A stretch of DNA of 64,000 nucleotides from Candidatus Gottesmanbacteria bacterium GW2011_GWA2_43_14 (GCA_000999095.1 LCFP01000001.1:205680-269679); one strand, 5' to 3'; positions 9,044 through 18,923 are shown, numbered from the stretch's first letter. Numbers and translations: made by a program. Notes: generated from the letters alone by a model not told the origin.

Positions 9044-9697
9044 GTGGTAATATTTAATTATATGGAAATCTTTAAGTCTATACTTAGTTTTATATCTGCT
9101 ATGTTTATTGGAGTCTTCGGATTTATCAATCCTGTCATTAAAATAGCTCCCACACCAACTTTACCACTTTCAATTGGTAATACTTCTGTATCACCTTTAA
9201 TACCTACCACCAATGAGTTTAACTCTAAACCTGTTGATCGTGGAGATGTAATTGGAATAATGGGGAATACAGGAAACGCTTCTAGACCAAAACTACATTT
9301 TGCGGTTTACAATTTAAATGAATCAGATTTGAACAAGTTTAACGCTGATGTCGGACATTTAAACCCTTTTAATTTTCTTCGAAATAAGAAATTATTTTTT
9401 GATTCTGATTCCTGTCACGATGTGAGTAAAAAAATTGAAAAATCAGTCGGAACTGGAAATTGGGATTGGCCAATGTCTAATCCAATAATTTCACAATGTT
9501 ATGGAAATACTCAATTGTCATTAAATAATCCTGATGAAATTAATAATGGAATTGATATGTATGATGATGTCGATACGCTTGTGCGGGCGGTTGAAAACGG
9601 AAATAAATATGTTTATCGTGGCGGAGCTTCTGAAGGAAATGGGGTATTAATTTTTCACTCTGACGGTAAAATGAGTCTTTATTGGCACCTTCAATAA
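9044..9697 (+). CDS. circularly permuted, degenerate M23/LytM-domain protein (signal-anchored). Paralog of the EnvC-like protein at 26640.
   Basis: GDVIGIMGNTGNASRPKLHFAVY precedes GNWDWPMSNP...INNGIDMYDD...SLYWHLQ-stop. The HxH motif is reduced to KLHF and the HxxxD motif to NNGID, so two metal ligands are lost. Confidence 0.6.
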   Translation: MVIFNYMEIFKSILSFISAMFIGVFGFINPVIKIAPTPTLPLSIGNTSVSPLIPTTNEFNSKPVDRGDVIGIMGNTGNASRPKLHFAVYNLNESDLNKFNADVGHLNPFNFLRNKKLFFDSDSCHDVSKKIEKSVGTGNWDWPMSNPIISQCYGNTQLSLNNPDEINNGIDMYDDVDTLVRAVENGNKYVYRGGASEGNGVLIFHSDGKMSLYWHLQ

Positions 9698-9826
9698 TTA
9701 ATAACAACATAATCTTGATTTAAGAAATAAATATTTCATATAAAATTACCTTTACAATCGGACAACACAATATGATCAAATTAATAAATTTAGTAATAGA
9801 TTATTTACTGGAGTACAATACGGATT

Positions 9827-10432
9827 ATGTATAGCCTATATAAAATATGTACTATTTTATTAACTGCCTCTTTGGCAGTTTTTTTATACTTTTCGCCAGT
9901 TGAAGCAAAACAAGGGTGTTGTTCTAGTCATGGGGGAGTTAATTGTGATGCTGGAGCGCAATCTAATGGTCTAGTAATCTGTAATGATGGCTGGAGGGGA
10001 TCTTCTTGTTTATATTCAGAAATGGTAATGTGTGGTGGTTCATCGAGTAATTCTATAAATATTGCACCTATAAAAGATCAACCAATTCAAATATTACCTT
10101 CATCAACTCCGACTATTAAGAGAATTTATCCAACCTGGACACCAAAGCCCCAACCTACCTTAATCCCTTCTGCAACTTTAACTCCTGATTCAACAAGTAC
10201 TCCATATCCAACATATACTCCTTACCCTACTTATACACCTGTTCAGATGATCTCAGAATATCCTAAACCTTCAGGTTCTATACAGGGTGTTTCAACAGAT
10301 TCTAATACAGCTTCAGGAGATTTTTTTATCGGTTTACTGCTTGTAGGGCTGGCCTGGATTTTTAGAGGTAAAATTAAATGGATATTGAGCTCTCAAGGGA
10401 AATCTGATCAAGAATTACCTCCACAAAAATAG
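9827..10432 (+). CDS. Cys-rich secreted surface protein with Pro/Thr/Tyr linker and C-terminal TM anchor
   Basis: Signal peptide, then a CCSSHGGVNCDAG...C...C...C module. The linker contains PYPTYTPYPTYTP. The C-terminus is hydrophobic (FFIGLLLVGLAWIF). Confidence 0.55.
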   Translation: MYSLYKICTILLTASLAVFLYFSPVEAKQGCCSSHGGVNCDAGAQSNGLVICNDGWRGSSCLYSEMVMCGGSSSNSINIAPIKDQPIQILPSSTPTIKRIYPTWTPKPQPTLIPSATLTPDSTSTPYPTYTPYPTYTPVQMISEYPKPSGSIQGVSTDSNTASGDFFIGLLLVGLAWIFRGKIKWILSSQGKSDQELPPQK

Positions 10433-10655
10433 CGCCCAGTAACTTTTTAAAGTCGTGAGCGGTCTAATTGGAATCAAAAAGCATTTTCGCACATTCCTAC
10501 ATACTATTAACAAATTAATATTTTTTAAATTCGCATACTATATTTAAATATCAGTGTGATACATTTATAGCTTATTGTTACAACATATTTCACATGATAT
10601 TATTCAGGCAAATTTTTATACCTATAGTATTTTTAACATTAACAATTTCATTTAT

Positions 10656-10943
10656 ATGAAAATGAAAAAATATGCATTTATTTTCCTCTTTGTAATATTT
10701 GCTTCATTAATTAAGCCTCAAAATACTTTTGCATATGGTGGTGGTGGTCTTCCTGGATTACCTCCACCTCCTAAACTTAAACTTGTTTGTAATTATGAAG
10801 CTAGAATCATTAGACTAGTTTTCAATCGGACATTCACAATTTTAATACCAAAATGTCATGTCGAAGTTATTAAAGTAAATAATGATGAATTTAAAAATAG
10901 ATGGAATGATTTCATTAAGCGTGTAAGAAATGGTAATAGTTAA
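10656..10943 (+). CDS. small secreted protein, unknown function
   Basis: Signal peptide MKMKKYAFIFLFVIFASLIKPQNTFA, then GGGGLPGLPPPP. I chose the start at the internal ATG (10656). Confidence 0.4.
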   Translation: MKMKKYAFIFLFVIFASLIKPQNTFAYGGGGLPGLPPPPKLKLVCNYEARIIRLVFNRTFTILIPKCHVEVIKVNNDEFKNRWNDFIKRVRNGNS

Positions 10944-10948
10944 TATGT

Positions 10949-12571
10949 ATGGATTTAAACTCTCAAAACGAAGAAAAATATCTATATATTCATAAAACTC
11001 CCACTTGGAAAGTCCGTATACTATATTTTTTTGGGATTATCTCTTGGTTATTTGTAATTTATAGCTATGCTGGTTTGATAGGCATTGATCCTTTCTTTAC
11101 TTGGTATTTTTTACCAATTCTTACCGTTCTATCTTTATATTATCTAATAAGTTGGAGTATTAATGCTTTTTATAAACAATTTAATTTATATAATCATCAG
11201 AGATTAATAAAAACCTATTGGGCATATCATCGAGAGCCATTAGTTGATATATTTCTTCCAATATGTGGTGAAGATATTGAAGTATTAAGGAATACTTGGT
11301 GGCATGTTTTTAATATTTCTTATAAAAACAAAAAAATATATGTACTTGATGATTCTTCGGAAGAGTGTGAAGAGCATCAACAATTAGCAAATTTATTTGG
11401 CTTTAATTATTTTAGTCGTCCCAATAAGGGAGAAAATAAAAAAGCAGGAAATTTAAAATATGCTTATGAACGAACTAATGGAGAATTTATTGCTATATTT
11501 GATGCTGATTTTGCTCCACATAAAGATTTTCTAATTGAAGCTTTACCTTATACAAATAATTATAATGTGGGAATAGTACAGACTCCACAATATTTTGAAA
11601 CGAACGAGAAATTATACAAATCTTCATCACTTGCCTATGCGGCTGCATATCAAGAAGAATTCTTTTATCGTATAATTCAAGTTGCAAGAAACAGATTTGA
11701 TGCTCCTATATGTTGTGGTTCAAATTCAATATTTAGACGAAGAGCACTTATGACAATAGGGGGATTTCGGCAAGTAACAGCAAGTGAAGATTCTCGGACT
11801 GGATTCGCACTACTTTGTAAGGGTTGGATTATCCGTTATATTCCTGTTATTTTAGCCACGGGTATGTGTCCAACTAATGTATATGCTTATTACCATCAGC
11901 AGCACCGTTGGTGTAGAGGACGTTCAGAACTCACTCTTTCTAGGGAATTTATATTTGCTCCTATATCGTTTATCAAAAAACTATGTTATACAAGTGGTTT
12001 TCTTATGTTTTTAATTAGACCATTAAAATTATTTATTTCGTTTCATCTATTTTGGATTTTATTTATATATAATGATACCATTTCTTTAAGTAATTCCTTC
12101 ATATTTTATCTATATTTACTATTTGTTTTTATTCTTGACCCCCTGTTTCATATAGCAAAATTTAAGAAAGAAAACTTTTTAGTAGCTATGATTAAGATTT
12201 ATTCAAGTACCCATGCGATTATTTCGGTTTTAATGAGAAAAACAGTAAGTTGGATACCAACGAATGCTAAACATAAGAAAGTTTCTCACGCTTTTATTCA
12301 AACAACAAATCTTGTTGGTCTTTATTTATTCTTGTATGTAACACTGATATTATTAGCCATTAGGACGGGTGATTTACACTTATTGAATTATGACTATTTT
12401 TCTATTCAGTTTTGGATATTCTGGAATATTTTACTTACAATTGTTTTATTTGTACAATTTTTAAATGTAATTAAAAGTATGAAATATAGTAAGAATGATA
12501 ATAGTTTTTCAAATCAATATAAACGAATTAATCTACTTCCAAAGTTAGATTTAGATATTGCCTCCTATTAA
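10949..12571 (+). CDS. family-2 processive beta-glycosyltransferase, cellulose-synthase (BcsA/CESA)-like catalytic membrane protein
   Basis: The D, DxD, ED, QxxRW quartet is present: VLDDSS, IFDADF, TASEDSRTGF, QQHRWCRG. TM helices flank the catalytic domain. Confidence 0.8.
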   Translation: MDLNSQNEEKYLYIHKTPTWKVRILYFFGIISWLFVIYSYAGLIGIDPFFTWYFLPILTVLSLYYLISWSINAFYKQFNLYNHQRLIKTYWAYHREPLVDIFLPICGEDIEVLRNTWWHVFNISYKNKKIYVLDDSSEECEEHQQLANLFGFNYFSRPNKGENKKAGNLKYAYERTNGEFIAIFDADFAPHKDFLIEALPYTNNYNVGIVQTPQYFETNEKLYKSSSLAYAAAYQEEFFYRIIQVARNRFDAPICCGSNSIFRRRALMTIGGFRQVTASEDSRTGFALLCKGWIIRYIPVILATGMCPTNVYAYYHQQHRWCRGRSELTLSREFIFAPISFIKKLCYTSGFLMFLIRPLKLFISFHLFWILFIYNDTISLSNSFIFYLYLLFVFILDPLFHIAKFKKENFLVAMIKIYSSTHAIISVLMRKTVSWIPTNAKHKKVSHAFIQTTNLVGLYLFLYVTLILLAIRTGDLHLLNYDYFSIQFWIFWNILLTIVLFVQFLNVIKSMKYSKNDNSFSNQYKRINLLPKLDLDIASY

Positions 12572-12618
12572 TTTTGTACACATTTAAATAATAGGTATTT
12601 TCAGTATAATATCTACAA

Positions 12619-12993
12619 CAATACAAGCAAATATTTCTCGTATTAGCTTCAATTCTTCAGCAAAATCAATATAGAGCTCCAACTCAAACATTCAAACCTC
12701 AACCAACAAAACATATTCCTCCCTCAACAAGAATTCCTCCCATCGAAGAACCACTTCCCACTTATACACCTTTCCCAACTTATACCCCATATCCATCATA
12801 TACACCTGAACCAACTTCTCAACTTAAAACAATATCCCCAAAACCAACCGGTGAAATAAAAGGGGTCTCTACTAATGCTTCTACATATTTTGAAAGGGAA
12901 ATGTCGGGTTGTGTTCAAACCATCCTTACAGTTATGGTGGAACATGACATTTTCAAACACCTCCTTCATATAAAGATAACTACGAACTCGTAA
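12619..12993 (+). pseudogene. remnant (C-terminal-like fragment) of a surface protein paralogous to 9827..10432. No start codon.
   Basis: The in-frame translation PLPTYTPFPTYTPYPSYTPEPTSQLKTISPKPTGEIKGVSTNAS parallels TPYPTYTPYPTYTPVQMISEYPKPSGSIQGVSTDSN of the intact gene. It lacks a start codon and the TM anchor. Confidence 0.4.
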
Positions 12994-13169
12994 TTTTCTT
13001 TGTTCTCCTACTACTGTATCTATAGATTTTTGCATTATTGCTCGTTTTACTGGAAATTTCTTACCTTCTTCGTAAGGTTAATCCATATTTACTTATACTC
13101 AATTTTAAAATAATACACGTATTATCATTAGACGTTAGAAATGACTTTGTTTTTGGTATAATCCGGATA

Positions 13170-13493
13170 ATGAGGAATAATCTTCGGCAGTTACGACTAG
13201 AATATCACATGCTTCAGGATCACTTAGGGAAAAAAGTAGATCTCACAAGACAATCAATTATATCTATAGAAAAAGGAAAGACTGCTCCTTCACTTAAGAC
13301 CGCCTTTAAAATAGCCCAATTTTTTAATAGAAAAGTTGAGGATATCTTTTTAATAGATAAGGGTATTAAGTCCAGAGGAACGAAGCAAAAAAAAACCACT
13401 TATACAGTAACTATAACTAGTGATTCTCCAATTGAGATAGTAAAAGTCTCACGAAACAGTGGCCATAATAAACACCCATATAAGAATCGGTAG
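13170..13493 (+). CDS. XRE-family helix-turn-helix transcriptional regulator
   Basis: LRQLRLEYHMLQDHLGKKVDLTRQSIISIEKGKTAPSLKTAFKIAQFF is a classic HTH_XRE. I chose the internal ATG as the start. Confidence 0.65.
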   Translation: MRNNLRQLRLEYHMLQDHLGKKVDLTRQSIISIEKGKTAPSLKTAFKIAQFFNRKVEDIFLIDKGIKSRGTKQKKTTYTVTITSDSPIEIVKVSRNSGHNKHPYKNR

Positions 13494-13586
13494 GTGTCTT
13501 TAAAAAGTAAAAAGGCTGAACTCAAATAATGTTATATTAACCTCGGGAACTAGTGATAATCATTAGTTATTGCAGTGAATTCAGAA

Positions 13587-13952
13587 TTACGTTATTTCCC
13601 CATTTGAATCCTCTTTTAAAGTAATCCATAATATTGCCATTCCAGCATCCGGGTCGTTTGTAATATCATTTTGTGTTTTAATATAAATTTCCTTTAATTT
13701 TTCAGCTACCTTAGGTTTATCAATATATTTGAATTGTCCAATATATTGCTTTCCTTTATGGGCGTTTATACTCCCATTACACCAGATGCTATTGAATCCA
13801 CAAGGCGGCCGTTGAGATTCTTCAAATGATTTATCTTTATATACGACTAAATTGATCATGTATTCATACGTAGTATGTTTCATATTGATATCTAATTTTT
13901 CCTCTATTTTTGTAATTCTTCCTTTACTGGTCATGTATTTTCTCCTCAACAA
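13587..13952 (-). CDS. hypothetical protein
   Basis: 121-aa ORF, no recognisable motif. Confidence 0.3.
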   Translation of the reverse strand: MLRRKYMTSKGRITKIEEKLDINMKHTTYEYMINLVVYKDKSFEESQRPPCGFNSIWCNGSINAHKGKQYIGQFKYIDKPKVAEKLKEIYIKTQNDITNDPDAGMAILWITLKEDSNGEIT

Positions 13953-14063
13953 TTTTTTCTATCTTTTCCAATCTATCTTCAATTTCAGATTTTTCATGAG
14001 CGTCAGGAAAGCAACGAATTAGGAAACCAATCGAAATGTAACGAATAGTCTCTTTTACTTTTT

Positions 14064-14759
14064 TTACGGGGAATTTTTGACGGCGGTCACAATCAGGCGC
14101 TTGCTGTCGGCATAGCCTGAACAGGTATAGAGGGTAAGAATGGAACTGTCAGTCGGCCCGATAACTTCCGTTTGGCTGGGTAAAACTTCCTTTATTTCCG
14201 CAACGGTGTAGGAATACCAGGCGTCAGCTGTCAGAACCAGGACGCTTTCTCCGGTCTTAATCTCTTTTAAAGGCAGAAACAATCCCTGCCTGGCATGAGC
14301 GAAAATAACCGTGTTGCCGGTCTCATCAGGATAAGCTGATCCTAAACCGAAACCGGCACTGTCGGGGAAAACTTCCCAGAAGCCGCTGACAATCTTTGCC
14401 TCTTTGACCGGCAGATTGATATTCAGTGAAGGAATGACAATCCTGTTCGGACTCTGCTGCGCTTTGGCAGTGGCTTTCTTCTCCTCCAAAAATTTCTCAT
14501 CTATCTTGACCGGCTCGCTGGCAAAGGATACGGATATCAGTTCGCCGCTTTTTTCATCAAGGATAGGGGCTGTCTTTTTCAGCGACTGCTGGTTTAAGTA
14601 AATGGAGGCCAGTACAAAAAATAAGCCTGATGCTAAAAGCACCAGTCTTATCTTTTTTGTCCTGTCAGCAAGGATCGACTTTAACGTCGGTTTCTTTTGC
14701 CTATAAGGTTGTTTGCGACGTCGGTGTTTAGTTTTGACTTGGCGTACAGCAGCAGGCAT
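14064..14759 (-). CDS. sortase (class A-like cysteine transpeptidase), membrane-anchored
   Basis: N-terminal TM helix. Catalytic His in NTVIFAHAR, TLYTCSG (TLxTC Cys motif), Arg in RLIVTAV. Confidence 0.75.
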   Translation of the reverse strand: MPAAVRQVKTKHRRRKQPYRQKKPTLKSILADRTKKIRLVLLASGLFFVLASIYLNQQSLKKTAPILDEKSGELISVSFASEPVKIDEKFLEEKKATAKAQQSPNRIVIPSLNINLPVKEAKIVSGFWEVFPDSAGFGLGSAYPDETGNTVIFAHARQGLFLPLKEIKTGESVLVLTADAWYSYTVAEIKEVLPSQTEVIGPTDSSILTLYTCSGYADSKRLIVTAVKNSP

Positions 14760-15235
14760 AAGATTCCTCCCAAAAGCATTATATCAGATGCCCCCACTTC
14801 TTCTCCGGCCGTTTCCGACAATCCGGAAACCGCGGGTCCTTCCGATAGACCGCCTATGCCTCCGCCTTCTCCGTTTCCTCCGCCCCCGCTTACATCACTG
14901 TTATCTACATCAGGTGTCCAGCCGCAGTAAGGTCCCGAGTATGATTTACCGGCTGCGCACGGATCATCCTCATCATTGCCGCCATTTCCTCCATTGTCAG
15001 AAGGTGTAACTTCCGGTCCTCCGACGGGCGGAGAAGTCGGTGAGACTTTACTGGTTGGTGAAGGATTATATTGAGGTGGTAAAGTAGGCAAAAACCTGTC
15101 TTCGTTAGGTTGTGTCGGCCTGGTTGTCGGCCTCTCCCACCAATCCGCGTTAACCGAACGGTTGAGAATAAAACCGAAGCTTAAAATCAGGATTATAATT
15201 AAGATTTTTTTGCCCATACTTTCACCTCCTTTCAA
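14681..15235 (-). CDS. small secreted Pro/Gly-rich protein with C-terminal sorting-signal-like tail (LSETAG + hydrophobic + KSK...KRNRR)
   Basis: Signal peptide, then a P/S/T-rich then G-rich region. The C-terminus has motif-hydrophobic-basic architecture. Strong RBS AAGGAGGTGAAAGT upstream of the ATG. The 3' end overlaps the sortase start. Confidence 0.5.
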   Translation of the reverse strand: MKGGESMGKKILIIILILSFGFILNRSVNADWWERPTTRPTQPNEDRFLPTLPPQYNPSPTSKVSPTSPPVGGPEVTPSDNGGNGGNDEDDPCAAGKSYSGPYCGWTPDVDNSDVSGGGGNGEGGGIGGLSEGPAVSGLSETAGEEVGASDIMLLGGILCLLLYAKSKLNTDVANNLIGKRNRR

Positions 15236-17580
15236 AGAATTACTTCTAAAATATTGTTAAGATAAACCGTCAAATCGATATTGACTTTTTTCCTTCTTCT
15301 CCAGTAAAGCATAAACAAAGCCAGCGGCAGGACGGCCAGCCAGCTGCTGGTGACCCTGAGTGAAACGCCTCCCAAAAGGATACCCGGGAATGTTGCCTGG
15401 GTGGCTTTGGCGAAATTATTTGACAGGAAAAGGCCTCTTCTTAAAACTCTTGCCTCTGAATCCGCAGTCGTACCTGTCGGAGAAGGAGTTGCCGTCACAT
15501 AATTTCTCAATACATATGTCCTGTACCTCTGGTAATTGACATTATTGACAGCCGCAACATACTCCTCAGGGTAATAGCTCTCGCCGCCGGATGAGGCAGG
15601 ATATTCATAATAATAACCCTGGTTTTGGACATAGGGTGTATAGTCAAAGTCTGTCGTCTGGTCTACTGTAATGTCCAAATCCGGTAAAGGCTGGATGGTC
15701 GGCAAAGGAGACAAAGTCGGCAGGGCATCGGGGACTCCTCCCTGGTTATAGCCGTTATTCGTTTGTTCTGTACTGTCGCCATATCCGGTTGGAATGACAT
15801 TGCCCAGGAAATCACCGATAACATTCACCAAAAGGACGACGATTTTTTTGGCTGTGACATTGGTATTGGCCAGATTGACCAAATTCAGGGCAGTGTCGGC
15901 ATCTCCGGTTGAAATGACACCGGCGCCGGTATTGTATGTAGCCTGATTGTTGCCGGTATCGGCACTGGCCGTAATATTATTGGTGATGTCTGCGTTATTG
16001 TTATTCTCAACTGTAGTCGACTCATTGGTCGATATAGTAGAAACATCAGTCGAATAAGGTCCTGTAACATCATTTCCGGCATAAACAGAGAAGCTTTGTT
16101 CTCCGGCTCCGGCTGTTTCCGTGGCGACAGACAGTCCGTTGGAAGCGGAACCGACTCCCGGCAGTTGTCCGAGGATATGCCCAACCCATCGTCCTGCTTC
16201 ATTGACAATGACCATCCAAACCGTATCTTCAACGCTGGTAACATTCTGATTGGCCACCGTCGAATTAGCAACAGCAGCATCGGCATTGCCTGATACCACC
16301 ATGCCGCCTCCGGTATTGACCGAAGCGGTATTGTTGCCGGTATTGGCGGAAACATCCAAACTGCTTACGATGTCGGCATTGTTTATATTGGTGAACTCGG
16401 CCGTAGTATTGGAGGTATAGGAAGAATAATTGTCAGACATCGGCCCGGTGGCCTCATTGCCGACATAAACTGTTTCTCCCTGGATACTTCCTCCACTGCC
16501 GCCGTTTTCTTGAGGCAGGATAATGTCGCCTAAAAGGGTACCGAAAATATTGACGACACCGAAAAGCCATTGGGCTACATTCAGATTGGTGTTGACCATA
16601 TTGATAATGTTGCCCACAGCTGTTGCATCCCCTGTTTCAATCAGTCCGTTGCCGGTATTGAAGGAGGCTGTATTATTGCCGGTCAAGGCAGCTAAATTTA
16701 TGTCATTTTCAATGGTGGCGTCATTGCCGTTGTTTTCCTTTACCGTAAATGAAGATTGTGAATCAGCAATATTTGAAGACATGGGGCCTGTAACCGAATT
16801 TTGGGAAACGGTCTGCGAAGCATTGACAAATGAATTTAATAGATCACCGTCTGCAAAATTTAAAACAAGATCACCAAAATATGTTCCATAGATATCCATC
16901 ACGGAAAAACCGCCGACTCCGGAAATATTGCTGTTTAATTTATTCAAAAGATTAAGAGTTGAAGTGGTATCGCCTGTGAAAACCTGTCCGTCCAAAGTAT
17001 TTAAGTTGGCGTAATTGAAGCCGGATGAGGTAATAGTGTCAATTTTATTCTGCATTTCAGCCAGATTCTGATTCATAACTTCTAACTTCTTATCTATTAT
17101 TTCCTGGCCGTAATTATTAGAATAAGCACCTGTATTGGTATTTAACGGATCATTGTAACTGCCTGCCTGATAATCGGTACTGCCTAAACTACTGCCTGTG
17201 CCGTCATTGCCTGACTGACTGCCTGATGGCGACTCGGTTCCGGTAGGAGTCACAGTCGCTGCGGAAGCTGAAGGATCACCGGTCGGCAAAGGCTCATATG
17301 TCGGCTGGGGTGATGGATACACTCCGCCGGAGGAAGGACCTGAAGGTGCGCTGGGAGCGGTCGGAGCGCTGGGTCCGGTATAGGTTGAAGGCCCGGAAGG
17401 AGCAGACGGGGCTGTCGGAGCGCTGGGACCGCTCGGAGCCGAACCAGGGCCTTCTGGAGCAGACGGAGCGGACGGCGCAGACGGACCCGCCTGTGCTGAC
17501 ACCACAAACGGGGAAAAAATATTCCCCATTAAAACTGCCGTAACTAATATTAAACTGATCCTTTTTTTAAATTTTTCCAC
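15232..17580 (-). CDS. large cell-surface protein: signal peptide, PSAP-type low-complexity region, three copies of an N/T/G-rich repeat of about 100 aa, C-terminal TM anchor with RRRKK tail
   Basis: GPSAPSAPSAPEGPGSAPSGPSAPTAPSAPSGPS. Repeats containing TGP[MY]S.N...NNADI...A.TGNN.A..NTG.G.I.TGDA. C-terminal VLPLALFMLYWRRRKK. Confidence 0.7.
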   Translation of the reverse strand: MEKFKKRISLILVTAVLMGNIFSPFVVSAQAGPSAPSAPSAPEGPGSAPSGPSAPTAPSAPSGPSTYTGPSAPTAPSAPSGPSSGGVYPSPQPTYEPLPTGDPSASAATVTPTGTESPSGSQSGNDGTGSSLGSTDYQAGSYNDPLNTNTGAYSNNYGQEIIDKKLEVMNQNLAEMQNKIDTITSSGFNYANLNTLDGQVFTGDTTSTLNLLNKLNSNISGVGGFSVMDIYGTYFGDLVLNFADGDLLNSFVNASQTVSQNSVTGPMSSNIADSQSSFTVKENNGNDATIENDINLAALTGNNTASFNTGNGLIETGDATAVGNIINMVNTNLNVAQWLFGVVNIFGTLLGDIILPQENGGSGGSIQGETVYVGNEATGPMSDNYSSYTSNTTAEFTNINNADIVSSLDVSANTGNNTASVNTGGGMVVSGNADAAVANSTVANQNVTSVEDTVWMVIVNEAGRWVGHILGQLPGVGSASNGLSVATETAGAGEQSFSVYAGNDVTGPYSTDVSTISTNESTTVENNNNADITNNITASADTGNNQATYNTGAGVISTGDADTALNLVNLANTNVTAKKIVVLLVNVIGDFLGNVIPTGYGDSTEQTNNGYNQGGVPDALPTLSPLPTIQPLPDLDITVDQTTDFDYTPYVQNQGYYYEYPASSGGESYYPEEYVAAVNNVNYQRYRTYVLRNYVTATPSPTGTTADSEARVLRRGLFLSNNFAKATQATFPGILLGGVSLRVTSSWLAVLPLALFMLYWRRRKKVNIDLTVYLNNILEVIL
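17270..17480 (-). repeat. imperfect tandem 9/18-bp repeats encoding (P/G)SAPS(A/G)P collagen-like low-complexity region
   Basis: gctgggagcggtcggagcgctgggtccggt...gctgtcggagcgctgggaccgctcggagcc. Possible site for length variation. Confidence 0.5.
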
Positions 17581-17675
17581 TCTGTATTTCTATAATTTTT
17601 AAATCTTCCTTGCTGGTGGAGATCCGTATCTTCTAGGATCGAATCTCCACCAGTTGAAAGGAAGTCCTCATGTTA

Positions 17676-18923
17676 TTAAGGAAGAATCTCAGTCAAGGTA
17701 TCATTCATGTGAACCAAGACCTGTTGCAACAGCTCGGCAAATCCTGCCTCAACGCTGCCACCACCAGTATTGGTGTTGGACAAGTTGTATCCGGTATCTG
17801 AGTATGAATCAACGTTGTTGAGCACGCCTAGATTATCCGGGTTGCACTCGCCTTCGTGATCTTCACTTAAATTGTCGGAACCACCATCCCTACCAAACCA
17901 CCTTGACCATAAAGGTTTATCTATTCTGTCTGCATTGTGAGATTCACACTTGTTGTTCCAATTATCAACTGTAACTTCGCGTGTATTCTCGATCCAAACA
18001 GAGGGATCTTTACCTGATCCATCCGGTCCGGTAACAGAATTACTTCCGTAATTGTTGAAACCGCCCAAGGCCATAGCGATTCTGGTAGTGTTGATGTTGC
18101 CTTCAGTATTTACACCAACTCCGGCTGCGGCATCTCCGGTGAATATATCTCCGCCCAAAGTATTAGTTTTGGCTTCGTTATAACCGGTATTGGCACCTGC
18201 ATCGACGTAATTCTTTACTTGCAAATCATTAACATTGGTCACATTTGCCAAGAATCTGTTATAGATTGCAACGTCATTGTTTGAGAATGGACCTGTGGTC
18301 AAGTTCTCGGCAACATTGGTTCCGGTACCTCCGGCTGATCCTCGGATGTCATTGTAGTTGTCATTAACATGTGTGTTAACGAGCAAACCTAACCAGGCAT
18401 CTCCGGTATCAACTGAAGCGGGTCCGGTATTTGTGTTAGCTTTGTTGTATCCAGTATTGGAATCCGCATCGACATTATTCTTTACGGTTGCAGTATTGCT
18501 GTTGTAAAGATTGATCCGCTGTTCATTCTCAATCCAAGCCGAATTATTGGAATAAGGCCCGGTGATGGAATTTTCACCGCGGTTACTGGCGGCTCCAAGA
18601 GCTGAAGTGATATTGGTGGTATTGATGTTGGCAACAGATGAAACGGTTGTATTATTGGTTGCATCTCCTGTTTTGATCGTACCGCCCAATGTATTCAGGC
18701 TGGCTTCGTTGTATCCGGTATTGCTGTTGGATGTTACGTAGTTTTTGATTTGAGCATCATTAACATTGTTAACGGTGATCACATCGGTGTTTTTAATGGT
18801 ACAAGTGTTATTGGAAAAAGGTCCGGTTGTACTATTTACACACTCATTGGTTGCGGCAATAGCCGGAACGAAAGCTGCTGCCAATAAGGCAGCGCTACCA
18901 ACTAAAGTTGCTATTTTTTTCAT
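17676..18923 (-). CDS. secreted protein with four copies of the same N/T/G-rich repeat family
   Basis: Signal peptide MKKIATLVGSAALLAAAFVPAIAA. Repeats: TGP[FY]SNN...VxNYV...SNTGYNEA.TNT.GG.I.TGDA recur four times. Strong RBS GGAGGTGAAAAT. Confidence 0.7.
   Translation of the reverse strand: MKKIATLVGSAALLAAAFVPAIAATNECVNSTTGPFSNNTCTIKNTDVITVNNVNDAQIKNYVTSNSNTGYNEASLNTLGGTIKTGDATNNTTVSSVANINTTNITSALGAASNRGENSITGPYSNNSAWIENEQRINLYNSNTATVKNNVDADSNTGYNKANTNTGPASVDTGDAWLGLLVNTHVNDNYNDIRGSAGGTGTNVAENLTTGPFSNNDVAIYNRFLANVTNVNDLQVKNYVDAGANTGYNEAKTNTLGGDIFTGDAAAGVGVNTEGNINTTRIAMALGGFNNYGSNSVTGPDGSGKDPSVWIENTREVTVDNWNNKCESHNADRIDKPLWSRWFGRDGGSDNLSEDHEGECNPDNLGVLNNVDSYSDTGYNLSNTNTGGGSVEAGFAELLQQVLVHMNDTLTEILP

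Noticed and set aside
9044-9697. Permuted M23 order as an assembly chimera
   Set aside because: The identical block order and identical C-terminal YWHLQ occur in two separate genes (9044 and 26640) with different flanks, so a local misassembly is unlikely.
12796-13035. 79-aa minus-strand ORF
   Set aside because: It is antisense to the better-supported surface-protein remnant (12619..12993) and has no motif.
15885-17507. Several 60-160-aa ORFs (15885..16355, 16523..16891, 17250..17507, 17298..17543) inside or antisense to the 782-aa repeat-protein gene
   Set aside because: They sit in alternate frames of a long, well-supported CDS. Their Arg/Pro-rich translations are typical of out-of-frame reading of GC-richer repeat DNA.
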